In this document: piece by piece, positions 28,357 to 36,677 of the stretch
How positions within the stretch are numbered: position 1 is the stretch's first letter
How the letters are laid out: the number at the start of each line of letters is the position of its first letter
Assembly (NCBI GenBank): GCA_963846545.1
Contig: CAWJWG010000003.1
Coordinates: 622,192 to 686,191, forward strand
Length of the DNA: 64,000 bases
Source of the DNA: an uncultured Gemmatimonadales bacterium
Lineage (GTDB): Bacteria > Gemmatimonadota > Gemmatimonadetes > Gemmatimonadales > GWC2-71-9
Direction: 5' to 3'
Notes under the pieces: model-generated
The model's database searches: none
Told to the model about the DNA's origin: nothing
What the model saw: only the letters and a program-made list of their open reading frames with translations
Position numbers and translations under genes: made by a program

Positions 28357-29733
28357 TTAGTTCAGCTTGGTCAGCTCCACGCGTCGGTTCTGCGCGCGGC
28401 CGTCCACCGTCTTGTTCGAGGCGACCGGCTGGTCCGGGCCGAACCCACGGGCGGTGAGCCGGTCCTCGGCCACGCCCTTGGAGATCAGGTAAGTGCGCAC
28501 CGCGTCAGCCCGGGACCGCGAGAGCCGCCGGTTGAGGGCGAGGCCGCCGGTGTTGTCGGTGTGGCCGGTGACCTGGACCTTGATCGAGTCGTTGGCCACG
28601 AGGGACTCGGCGACGCCGTTGAGGATCGTCTCCGATTCCGGCGTGAGCGTTGCCTTGCCGGTCTCGAAGTTCACGCCCTCGAGGATGAGCGTCTTCTTGG
28701 TGGGCTGGAAGAGGACCTGGCACCCGTCGCCATCCACTTCGACACCCGCGGGCGTGCTGGGGCACCGGTCGGCGGCATCGTTGACGCCGTCGCCATCGCC
28801 GTCCCGCTGCGAGGGTCCGCAGCCCTTCGCATCGACCTGGTCGCCCTTCGGCGTATCGGCGCAGGTATCTACGTCGTCAGTCACGCCATCGCCGTCGGCA
28901 TCCTTGGGCAGCGAGCAGCCCTTCTCGTCCACCTTGTCGCCCTTCGGCGTGTCGGCGCAGCCGTCCACGTCATCGTTCACGCCGTCGCCGTCGGCATCCT
29001 TCGGCAGCGAGCAGCCCTTGGCGTCCACCTTGTCGCCGGCCGGCGTGTCGGCGCAGGCGTCGGCGTCATCGAAGACCCCGTCGCCGTCGGCGTCCTTGAC
29101 CGTACAGCCCTTGGCGTCCACCCGGTCGCCCGCCGGCGTCTTCTTGCACTCGTCCACATCGTCGGGCACGCCGTCGGCGTCACGGTCCCGCGGCCCGGCG
29201 GAGCGGCCGCCGAGCAGGAAGCTCAGCCCCGGCTGCAGGCCCCAATGCCAGTTGTCGGTGGATCCGTTGTCGGGCGATGGGATGTAGTCGACGTAGGTGT
29301 CGATCCGGATCGAGGTCACGTCGCCCAGGCCGAGCCGGACGCCGGCGTTTCCGGTCACGCCGTGATCGGAGAGCCGGTAGCCGCCATCCCGGAACCGCGT
29401 GTGGGTATAGCCGCCACCCAGAAGGACCCCCACATGCTCGCTCGCCGGGAAGTTGAGCACGACGCGCGCGTGCAGCGGCATGTACTTCACGTCGACGTCG
29501 TTCGGCCCGTTCGTCGGGACCCACGACCCCTCGGCCTCGAGAGCCAGGCGATCAGACAGGAAGTACCCGATTCGCGCACCCGGACCGCCCTTGGCCTGAT
29601 TCAGTCGGAGGGCACGGTCGAAATAGGCAACCGTCGGAAAGACTCCAACCTCGAACGTGCCTGCTCGCTGGGCTTGAGCTTCAGACGCTGCGACCAACGC
29701 CACGGCGAGGGCCAGGGCGGACTTGCGCATCAT
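28357..29733 (-). CDS. OmpA-family outer membrane protein with five thrombospondin type-3-like Ca-binding repeats
   Basis: 458 aa from ATG 29731-29733, preceded by GAGGAGG. It has a signal peptide, an N-terminal beta-barrel, 5x DxDGDGVxDDxDxCxDTPxGxxVDxxGC, and a C-terminal OmpA_C domain (TGHTDNTG..NRRLSRSRA..NRRVEL). Confidence 0.9.
   Translation of the reverse strand: MMRKSALALAVALVAASEAQAQRAGTFEVGVFPTVAYFDRALRLNQAKGGPGARIGYFLSDRLALEAEGSWVPTNGPNDVDVKYMPLHARVVLNFPASEHVGVLLGGGYTHTRFRDGGYRLSDHGVTGNAGVRLGLGDVTSIRIDTYVDYIPSPDNGSTDNWHWGLQPGLSFLLGGRSAGPRDRDADGVPDDVDECKKTPAGDRVDAKGCTVKDADGDGVFDDADACADTPAGDKVDAKGCSLPKDADGDGVNDDVDGCADTPKGDKVDEKGCSLPKDADGDGVTDDVDTCADTPKGDQVDAKGCGPSQRDGDGDGVNDAADRCPSTPAGVEVDGDGCQVLFQPTKKTLILEGVNFETGKATLTPESETILNGVAESLVANDSIKVQVTGHTDNTGGLALNRRLSRSRADAVRTYLISKGVAEDRLTARGFGPDQPVASNKTVDGRAQNRRVELTKLN
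28717..29187 (-). repeat. In-frame tandem coding repeats (TSP3-like units) inside ompA-like gene
   Basis: Five units of about 30-33 codons are visible in both DNA (recurrent gtcgccgtcggcatcc/ggcgtgtcggcgca strings) and protein. This is not a CRISPR array: there are no unique spacers and it is in frame. Confidence 0.7.
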
Positions 29734-29929
29734 GTTCCTCCTCACAGATAGGACACCAGCGCTACAGTTTTGCATATTGGAACGAACCGGGTCTTCGAGA
29801 CCACAATATATGAAGGACCCGCTGCAAATAGCTACACTATGTTCTGTCATGCTGCCCTTACCATCGCTCTCGCTCAAGTTGTTCGCCCTCGCGGGTCTGG
29901 CCCTGGTCGCGGACCCGGCGCCGGAGCTC

Positions 29930-30181
29930 CGTGTGCCGGCGGGGTCGCCGCTGGGAGCGTCCGAGCACGGTCGGTACCTCACGGGCGCCATCGTCTACAG
30001 CCCGATGCGATCGGGGCTGCTCACCGACCGCTCCAGCGAGGAGCGGGTGCGGTCGTTGCGCGACGGACTTCGCCCGATCGCGGAGCGCCATCACAGGATG
30101 GTCGCGCAGGTGGCGATCGGGTGGACGCTGGCCTGGAACGGCGTAACCGCCGCGATCGTCGGCGCGCGCGCCCCGGAGTGA
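29930..30181 (+). pseudogene. Aldo/keto reductase C-terminal remnant
   Basis: The tail of ORF 29723..30181 reads GAIVYSPMRSGLLTD...RPIAERHHRMVAQVAIGWTLAWNGVTAAIVGARAPE. This matches the AKR C-terminal pattern (..YSPL.xGlLtg...iA...g.s.aQvAlaW.l..p.vt..IvGar). The roughly 250 N-terminal residues of a normal AKR are absent. Confidence 0.5.
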
Positions 30182-30183
30182 CC

Positions 30184-31134
30184 ATGGGCATCCACCACGT
30201 CACCGCGATCGTTCGGGAGCCGCAGCGCAATCTCGATTTCTACGCCGGCATTCTCGGCATGCGGCTGGTGAAGGTCACCGTCAACTACGATGACCCCGGC
30301 AGGTACCACTTCTACTACGGGGACGAGCTCGGCCGCCCCGGGTCACTGCTCACGTTCTTCCCCTGGACCACGGGCCGCCCTGGCCGACAGGGCACGGGCC
30401 AGATCAACGGCGTCGGGCTCGCTGTGCCCAGGGCATCGCTGGGATTCTGGATCGAGCGACTGCTGTCGCGCGGGGTGAAGTTCGAGGGACCGACTCGGCG
30501 ATTCGACGAACAGGTGCTCGCGTTCGCGGACCCCGACGGATTGATGCTGGAGATCATCGCCACGCCGCGTGTCGGCGATATTTCGGGATGGAGCGGGCCG
30601 GTGCCGGTGGAACATGCGGTGCGGGGAGTGCACGCCGTGACCATCTGGGAGGATGGCGAGGCGGGCTCCGCCGCCTTCCTGACGGACAGGATGGGCTTTC
30701 GCGCGACGGCGTCAGACGACAACCGCTATCGCTTCGAATCCGGCGACACCGGCCTGGGTACGGTGGTGGACCTTCGCCGCGCGCCGGGGTTCTGGGGCGG
30801 AACGGATGGAGTGGGCACCGTTCATCACGTGGCCTTCCGCGCGGCCGATGATGCCGAGCAGCTGGCGCGGCGCGAGTCGCTCGTGGGAGCGGGCGTCGCC
30901 GTGACGGAGGTGAGGGATCGGCAGTACTTCCGCTCGATCTACTTTCGCGAGCCCGGCGGAGTGCTCTATGAGATCGCCACCGACGGTCCGGGGTTCACCC
31001 TGGACGAGCCGGCCGCGGAGCTGGGCAGCTCGCTCAAGCTCCCGGCGCACCTGGAGCGGATGCGACCTCGCCTCGAGGTCGCCTTGCCGCCGATTCACTT
31101 GCCGCACGTCCCACGTCGATCGAGGGCTGAGTGA
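30184..31134 (+). CDS. Ring-cleaving dioxygenase, glyoxalase/VOC superfamily (MhqO/MhqE-like)
   Basis: 316 aa from ATG 30184. It starts MGIHHVTAIV..NLDFY, has duplicated VOC modules, and carries ..TVHHVAFRA..YFRSIYFREPGGVLYEIATD. Confidence 0.85.
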   Translation: MGIHHVTAIVREPQRNLDFYAGILGMRLVKVTVNYDDPGRYHFYYGDELGRPGSLLTFFPWTTGRPGRQGTGQINGVGLAVPRASLGFWIERLLSRGVKFEGPTRRFDEQVLAFADPDGLMLEIIATPRVGDISGWSGPVPVEHAVRGVHAVTIWEDGEAGSAAFLTDRMGFRATASDDNRYRFESGDTGLGTVVDLRRAPGFWGGTDGVGTVHHVAFRAADDAEQLARRESLVGAGVAVTEVRDRQYFRSIYFREPGGVLYEIATDGPGFTLDEPAAELGSSLKLPAHLERMRPRLEVALPPIHLPHVPRRSRAE

Positions 31135-31781
31135 CGGCCGAGCTTGGATTCGTTCACCGATTCGCCCCGGGGGCACCCGAGGCTCCCGTGCTTCTGCTCC
31201 TGCACGGGACTGGGGGCAACGAGGATGACCTGCTACCGCTGGGCGAGTCGCTCCGGCCGGGGGCCGCGCTCCTGAGCCCGCGAGGCAAGGTGCTGGAGAA
31301 CGGGATGCCGCGCTTCTTCCGACGACTCGCCGAGGGTGTGTTCGACCTGGAGGATCTCCGGGCGAGAACTCACGAGCTGGCCGATTTCGTGGAGGCGGCG
31401 GACAAGGCCTACGAGCTTGGCGGTCGCAAGCCGATCGCGGTTGGGTTCTCCAACGGGGCGAACATCGCGGCCGCGATGCTGCTGCTGCGTCCGGGCACGC
31501 TGGGCGGGGCGCTGCTGATTCGCGCGATGGTGCCGCTGGTTCCGGAATCACCGCCCGATCTGGCAGGGATTCCGGTGCAGATCAACGCCGGGCAGGCCGA
31601 CTCGCTCATACCGCCGGCACAGAGCGAGGCGCTCGCCGCAATGCTCGATCAGGCGGGCGCGGTGGTCAAACTTCAGTGGATACCCGGAGGTCACGCACTC
31701 ACGCGGGAGGATCTGGAGACGGGGCGGCAGTGGTTCGGTTTTTCTTCTCTTTCGCCGGATGGCGGCCGACAGCGATGGTAG
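31131..31781 (+). CDS. Phospholipase/carboxylesterase family alpha/beta hydrolase (MhqD-like)
   Basis: ORF of 216 aa with LLLLHGTGGNEDDLLPLG and the nucleophile elbow GFSNGAN. Its start overlaps the dioxygenase stop by 4 nt. The pairing resembles Bacillus mhqE-mhqD. Confidence 0.85.
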   Translation: MTAELGFVHRFAPGAPEAPVLLLLHGTGGNEDDLLPLGESLRPGAALLSPRGKVLENGMPRFFRRLAEGVFDLEDLRARTHELADFVEAADKAYELGGRKPIAVGFSNGANIAAAMLLLRPGTLGGALLIRAMVPLVPESPPDLAGIPVQINAGQADSLIPPAQSEALAAMLDQAGAVVKLQWIPGGHALTREDLETGRQWFGFSSLSPDGGRQRW

Positions 31782-31849
31782 GAATGCCGCCGTCTTTTCG
31801 CGCGGTCCGCGGGCGCCGACGCCGCCCATGACAACCACAGAGGGGATAT

Positions 31850-32179
31850 GTGATGCTTCCTGCCGCCCTGGAGCAGGAGCGCCTGCTGATTGCGGAGCGC
31901 CTCCTCACCGAAATCGAACGCCGCCACGGCCTGCCACACCCCATCAATCGCGACATTCATCCCGTCATCATCGACCGCTTTCTCGCCGCATACCTCCCCG
32001 AGGCTCGGGAGGGCGAACTGGCTCCGCTCAGTCTCGAGTACGCATTCGCCCCCAGCCTCACGGACTCCCTCAAGCTGTTACAGGAGGTAGTCAGCGAGAC
32101 AGCCGACGGCCGAGGCGCCGCGCTGTACATCCACGACCTGGACACCGGGGTCACCGCCGACATCCACGAGCTGCACTAG
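31850..32179 (+). CDS. Hypothetical cytoplasmic protein (109 aa), no recognisable family
   Basis: ORF with an upstream AGAGGGGA RBS-like string, coding-type codon bias and predicted helical content. Confidence 0.55.
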   Translation: MMLPAALEQERLLIAERLLTEIERRHGLPHPINRDIHPVIIDRFLAAYLPEAREGELAPLSLEYAFAPSLTDSLKLLQEVVSETADGRGAALYIHDLDTGVTADIHELH

Positions 32180-32203
32180 CGTGATGTCAAACCGGGACGA
32201 GGA

Positions 32204-33253
32204 GTGAGGCCACCGATGCGTGGCTCTCGCTTCTCGCCGCCGGAATCTTTCCTCCACTCCATCTCCATCCCCCCCCGCGGTCTCTCCGTCGGCACCCGCG
32301 TCGCATCCGTGCTGGTCCCTGTGGCGCTCGCCCTTGCCGCGCTCGCTCTTCCGGTCGCCGCGCGTGCTCAGAGCGCGGCGACGGCGGAGAGTCTCGTGCA
32401 GCGGCTGGCCACGATTCCGGCGGTTACCGGCCTCGAGCAACGGATGGTGGACACGCTTCTTGCGCTCCTTCCCGGAGCCAGGCGCGACCGCGCGGGCAAC
32501 GCGGTCCTGACTCTCGGGTCCGGAACATCACGCCGGCTACTGGCCTGCCCTGTCGACGAGCCGGGGTATGTGGTGGGGCAGATTCGGCCGGACGGATATC
32601 TGACGCTTCGGCGGGCGCCCGGCGGCATCTCGACGGTGCGTGAGGCTCAGCTCGAGGGTCAACGGGTGGATGTGGAGACCGCGCGGGGCCCGGTGCCCGG
32701 GGTGGTCGCGGTCCGGTCGATTCATCTGACCCGCGGCCGCGATCCGCGGCCGGGTCGCTTCACTGTCGACAGCGCCGTGGTGGACCTGGGGGCCGGGGCC
32801 GAGTCGGAAGTCGAGGCGCTCGGTGTGCGGGTGCTGTCGCCGGTGACGCTGCACAAGACCGTCCATCGGTATGGGCAGGGGGCGCTCGCGGCGCCGATGG
32901 CCGGACGGCGCGCCGGCTGCGCCGCGCTGATCGCCGCCGCGCGCCGCGCCTCGGCGGAGCAGGGCATGATCCCCCGGCGCGAGTCGGTGGTCATCGCGTT
33001 CGTGGTGGAGCAGGGGCTCGCCGGGCGCGGGCTCGCGACCATCGCCAACGCGATGGGCCCCTTCGTCGAGTCGGTGATCGTGGATGCCGAAGGGGCGAGC
33101 GGTGGATCCGCCGGAGAGCTTCCCCGGCTCGGCCGGGTCCGGACGCGAAGCGTACCGGTGCGCTACGGGGGGACCGCGGTGGAGACCGTGTTGCTTTCCG
33201 ATGTGGAGCGGCTGGCCGCCGACCTGGCCACGGTCATCAGGGGCGCGCGGTGA
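32204..33253 (+). CDS. M42-like protein with degenerate active site (putative pseudo-peptidase), secreted
   Basis: ORF of 349 aa with signal peptide ..VLVPVALALAALALPVAARAQS. It is collinear with the downstream M42 peptidase, but the ligand positions are replaced: AHLDEIGF becomes ACPVDEPGY, FDDRVG becomes MAGRRAG, and REEIGLEGA becomes VEQGLAGRG. The exact start is uncertain. Confidence 0.7.
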   Translation: MRPPMRGSRFSPPESFLHSISIPPRGLSVGTRVASVLVPVALALAALALPVAARAQSAATAESLVQRLATIPAVTGLEQRMVDTLLALLPGARRDRAGNAVLTLGSGTSRRLLACPVDEPGYVVGQIRPDGYLTLRRAPGGISTVREAQLEGQRVDVETARGPVPGVVAVRSIHLTRGRDPRPGRFTVDSAVVDLGAGAESEVEALGVRVLSPVTLHKTVHRYGQGALAAPMAGRRAGCAALIAAARRASAEQGMIPRRESVVIAFVVEQGLAGRGLATIANAMGPFVESVIVDAEGASGGSAGELPRLGRVRTRSVPVRYGGTAVETVLLSDVERLAADLATVIRGAR

Positions 33254-34326
33254 GAGTCGCCCTGGCGCTCCTGGTGCTGTGGCCCGCGGGGGCGGTCGCC
33301 GCGCAGGACGTCGAGCGGATCGGCCAAGCGGAGTCGGTCCTGGAGACACTGGTCGAGAGCTACGGCGTCTCCGGCATGGAGTCGCCGGTGCGGGACGCGG
33401 TGCGCCGCCTGCTCCCCGGCTGGGCCAGGTCCGAGGTGGACTCCGCCGGCAACATCTGGGTCCGCGCCGGGAAGGGCGAGCCGACCGTGGTCATGGTGGC
33501 GCACCTCGACGAGATCGGCTTCTCGGTGACGGCGATCGGGGAAGACGGGATACTGACGGTCGAGCCGGTCGGCGGAATCTTCCCGCGCCTCTGGGCCGGC
33601 CGGCCCGCGCTGGTTCATGGCGGGCGCGCTCCAGTTCCGGCTGTGTTTCAGCCGCTCGACACCGCGCTGGCCGCCGGCGAGCCCACCACGCTGCGCGTGG
33701 ATCTGGGTGCCACGACCCGCGCGGCGGTCGAGGCGCTCGGGGTACGCGTGGGACATACCGTCACCAGTCCGAAGCAGTACGTCCGCCTCGCCGGAAGCCG
33801 GGCGACCGCGCGCTCGTTCGACGACCGGGTCGGCTCGACCGCGCTGGTGCTCGCCGTGCAGCGGCTCGACCCCGCGAAGCTGCGTCACATGGTGATTTTT
33901 CTGTGGAGTGTCCGGGAGGAGATCGGACTCGAGGGTGCATACGCGGCCGCGAGGGCTCTCGGGCTCGGGACTGCGCGAGTCCACGCGATCGACACCTTCG
34001 TCTCCGCGGACTCGCCGCTCGAGCCGCGGCAGTTCGGTGTGGCGCCGCTGGGCCGGGGTCCGGTGGCCCGTGCGCTCGACAACAGCTCGGTCACTCCGCC
34101 GGCGCTGCTCGATTCGCTCGTGGTGCTCGCTGCGGAGCGGAGCATTCCGCTGCAGGTGGGAAGCACCAACGGCGGGAACGACGGCTCCGCCTTCGCCGAA
34201 TTCGGCGTGCCCGATGTGCCGGTTGGCTGGCCGCTCCGCTACTCCCATTCCCCGGTGGAGGTCGCCGACCTCCGCGACGTGGCCCACCTCGCCGACCTGG
34301 TGCAGGCGATCGCCGAGCGCTGGTAG
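33250..34326 (+). CDS. M42 family (TET/FrvX-like) metallo-aminopeptidase, secreted
   Basis: ORF of 358 aa. GTG 33250 overlaps the upstream stop (GTGA). It has signal peptide MRVALALLVLWPAGAVAAQ and all metal-ligand motifs intact: VAHLDEIGF, SFDDRVG, VREEIGLEGA, HAIDTF and RYSHSPVE. Confidence 0.85.
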   Translation: MRVALALLVLWPAGAVAAQDVERIGQAESVLETLVESYGVSGMESPVRDAVRRLLPGWARSEVDSAGNIWVRAGKGEPTVVMVAHLDEIGFSVTAIGEDGILTVEPVGGIFPRLWAGRPALVHGGRAPVPAVFQPLDTALAAGEPTTLRVDLGATTRAAVEALGVRVGHTVTSPKQYVRLAGSRATARSFDDRVGSTALVLAVQRLDPAKLRHMVIFLWSVREEIGLEGAYAAARALGLGTARVHAIDTFVSADSPLEPRQFGVAPLGRGPVARALDNSSVTPPALLDSLVVLAAERSIPLQVGSTNGGNDGSAFAEFGVPDVPVGWPLRYSHSPVEVADLRDVAHLADLVQAIAERW

Positions 34327-34395
34327 CGCTTCCGGCCAGGATGTCTCGCGTACCGCCCCTTGTGCCACAGCCCGTCGTGCGCATATTCATGCATT

Positions 34396-35595
34396 ATGCA
34401 CTCTGGCCCTCTCGCCCTCGCTTTTTCCGGGGGCCTCGACACCTCGTACTGCGTCCCCCGGCTGGCCGAGGACGGTTGGACCGTCCACACGGTCTACGTG
34501 GACACCGGCGGCACCACCGCGGGCGACCGCGCGGGCATCCGCCGCCAGGCCGAGGCCGTCGGCGCCGTGGCGCACCACGAGGTGGATGCGCGTGAGCGAG
34601 TCTACGACCGCTTCGTTCGCTACCTGATCCAGGCCAACGTCCTGCGGGGCGAGGTATACCCGCTCAGCGTTGCGGCCGAGCGGACCCAGCAGGCGCTGGC
34701 GGTCGTCGAGGTGGCGCGAGGGATCAACGCCGAGGCCGTCGCGCACGGATCCACGGGAGCGGGGAACGACCAGGTGCGGTTCGACGTCGCCCTGAGGGTG
34801 CTGGCCCCGGAACTCGCCATCGTGACACCCATCCGGGACGCCGGCATCACCCGCGAGCGGGCCATCGCCTATCTCCAGGAGCGCGGACTCCCGGTGCCTT
34901 CGCGTGCGGGGAGCTACAGCGTGAACCGCGGGCTCTGGGGCACCACCTGGGGCGGAGGATGGACCCACGACACCTGGGCCGGTCCTCCGCCCGAGCTGAT
35001 CGATCCGCCGGCGGACGCGCCCGCGTCCGGCGAGCTGGTGCTCGGCTGGGACCATGGTCTCCCCGTCACGCTCGACGGCGTGCCTCTCGCCGGGCCGGCG
35101 CTCGTCGCCCGCCTGGGCGAGATCGCCGCGACCTACGGCATCGGACGCGGCATCCACGTCGGCGAGACGGCGCTCGGCATCAAGGGGCGCATCGGCTTCG
35201 AGGCCGGCGCGGCCCTCATGCTGATCGGTGCCCACCGGGAGCTCGAGAAGCTGGTGCTCACCAAGTGGCAGGTCTTCTGGAAGGACCAGCTCGGCCGGTT
35301 CTACGGCGACCGGCTGCACGAGGGTCACTACTTCGACCCGGCGCTGCGCGACATCGAGGCACTGATCACCAGCTCCCAGGCACGCGTCACCGGTGAGACC
35401 CGCGTCCGGCTCGCGCCCGGCCGCTTTCAGGTCGTCGGCACCCGCAGTCCCCATTCCATGATGGATACCTCCGTCGCCACATACGGCGAGGAGAATCGGC
35501 TCTGGACCGGCGAGGAGGCGCGCGCCTTCGCGCGCGTGTCAGCCGTACCCTCGCTGCTGGCGGCGCGGGCCAAAGGAGAAGCCCCATGGTCGTGA
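34396..35595 (+). CDS. argG: Argininosuccinate synthase
   Basis: 399 aa from ATG 34396. It has the N-type ATP-PPase motif LAFSGGLDTS, followed by ..HGSTGAGNDQVRF.. Confidence 0.95.
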   Translation: MHSGPLALAFSGGLDTSYCVPRLAEDGWTVHTVYVDTGGTTAGDRAGIRRQAEAVGAVAHHEVDARERVYDRFVRYLIQANVLRGEVYPLSVAAERTQQALAVVEVARGINAEAVAHGSTGAGNDQVRFDVALRVLAPELAIVTPIRDAGITRERAIAYLQERGLPVPSRAGSYSVNRGLWGTTWGGGWTHDTWAGPPPELIDPPADAPASGELVLGWDHGLPVTLDGVPLAGPALVARLGEIAATYGIGRGIHVGETALGIKGRIGFEAGAALMLIGAHRELEKLVLTKWQVFWKDQLGRFYGDRLHEGHYFDPALRDIEALITSSQARVTGETRVRLAPGRFQVVGTRSPHSMMDTSVATYGEENRLWTGEEARAFARVSAVPSLLAARAKGEAPWS

Positions 35596-36677
35596 CCACC
35601 CGCGTCCGCCTCGACCGCATCGCGTCCGCCACCCGCAACGCCGCACTCTCGCCCGAGGTGATCGTGGGCGATCAGATCGTGTCGGCGGAGGGCTACGTGC
35701 TCGCCGTGCGGATCCTGGAGGACAAGTCGACCTACAATACGGTCGAGGACGTGACCGGTCGGATGCTCTCGCTCCGCGGGGGCGATGTCCTCGCCGGCGT
35801 GCTCGGCACCCGGCGCGCCCTCAGGGGATACGCGGGCGTGGTGCCGCAGCACCTGGCCGTGGGCGACACCATCGAGGTGCTCAACCTCGGCGGCATCCTG
35901 GGCCGATGCACCTCGGTGAACCCGGACATCGGGCCGCCGTTCCGGGCCGAGGTGGTGGGCGCGGTTCTCGCCTTCCCCGAGCTGGGCGACCGCGTGGGCC
36001 GTCCGGCCCACATCCGCGACCGCGCGGTGCCTCCCTCGGACGTGCTGGAGAGCCGCGTGCCCGTGGTGTACGTCGCGGGCACCTGCATGAACGCCGGCAA
36101 GACCGTCGCCGCGTCGGAGCTGGTGCGCGGCCTCGCGCGGAGCGGGCTCCGGGTCGCGGCGGCCAAGCTCACCGGCGTGTCGCTCATGCGTGACGCGCTC
36201 TCCATGCTCGACGCCGGCGCCATCGCCGCGCTCACCTTCAACGACGTGGGCATCGCCAGCACGCACGCAGGCGTCACCGTCACCACCGCCAAAGGCATCT
36301 TCAACCGCCTCGCCGCGTCCAAGCCCGACGTCGTGGTGGCCGAGCTGGGCGACGGCATCCTCGGCGAGTACGGCGTGCAGGATATCCTGCACGACCCCGA
36401 GCTGATGTCGGTCGGCGCCGCGTACGTGATGGCGGCGCCCGACCCCGTGGCCTGCTGGGGCGCGGCCGAGCTGATGCAGCGGGAGTTCAACCTGCCGATC
36501 ACCGCGATCACCGGACCCGCCACCGACAACGAGGTGGGCCAGGTGTACATCTCCGGCAGTCTGGGGCTCCAGGCGCACAACGCCCGGCGCGACGCGGCCG
36601 GTCTGGTGGCCACCGTGCGCACGGCGATGGCCGAATGGGCGGAGCGTTCCGAGAGCCTCGCCGTCGCGGTCTCGTGA
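35586..36677 (+). CDS. Uncharacterised protein with BioD/CobQ/DUF1611-type P-loop, embedded in arginine operon
   Basis: ORF of 363 aa that overlaps the argG stop by 10 nt. The N-terminal half looks like a beta-rich domain. The C-terminal half has VVYVAGTCMNAGKTVAASELV (compare BioD GTDTEVGKT) and a later acidic VVVAELGDGILGEYG segment. Confidence 0.75.
   Translation: MVVTTRVRLDRIASATRNAALSPEVIVGDQIVSAEGYVLAVRILEDKSTYNTVEDVTGRMLSLRGGDVLAGVLGTRRALRGYAGVVPQHLAVGDTIEVLNLGGILGRCTSVNPDIGPPFRAEVVGAVLAFPELGDRVGRPAHIRDRAVPPSDVLESRVPVVYVAGTCMNAGKTVAASELVRGLARSGLRVAAAKLTGVSLMRDALSMLDAGAIAALTFNDVGIASTHAGVTVTTAKGIFNRLAASKPDVVVAELGDGILGEYGVQDILHDPELMSVGAAYVMAAPDPVACWGAAELMQREFNLPITAITGPATDNEVGQVYISGSLGLQAHNARRDAAGLVATVRTAMAEWAERSESLAVAVS

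Noticed and set aside
28717-29187. Possible CRISPR-like periodic repeats
   Set aside because: The repeats are in frame within the ompA-like gene and encode TSP3 units. There are no unique spacers and no cas genes in the window.
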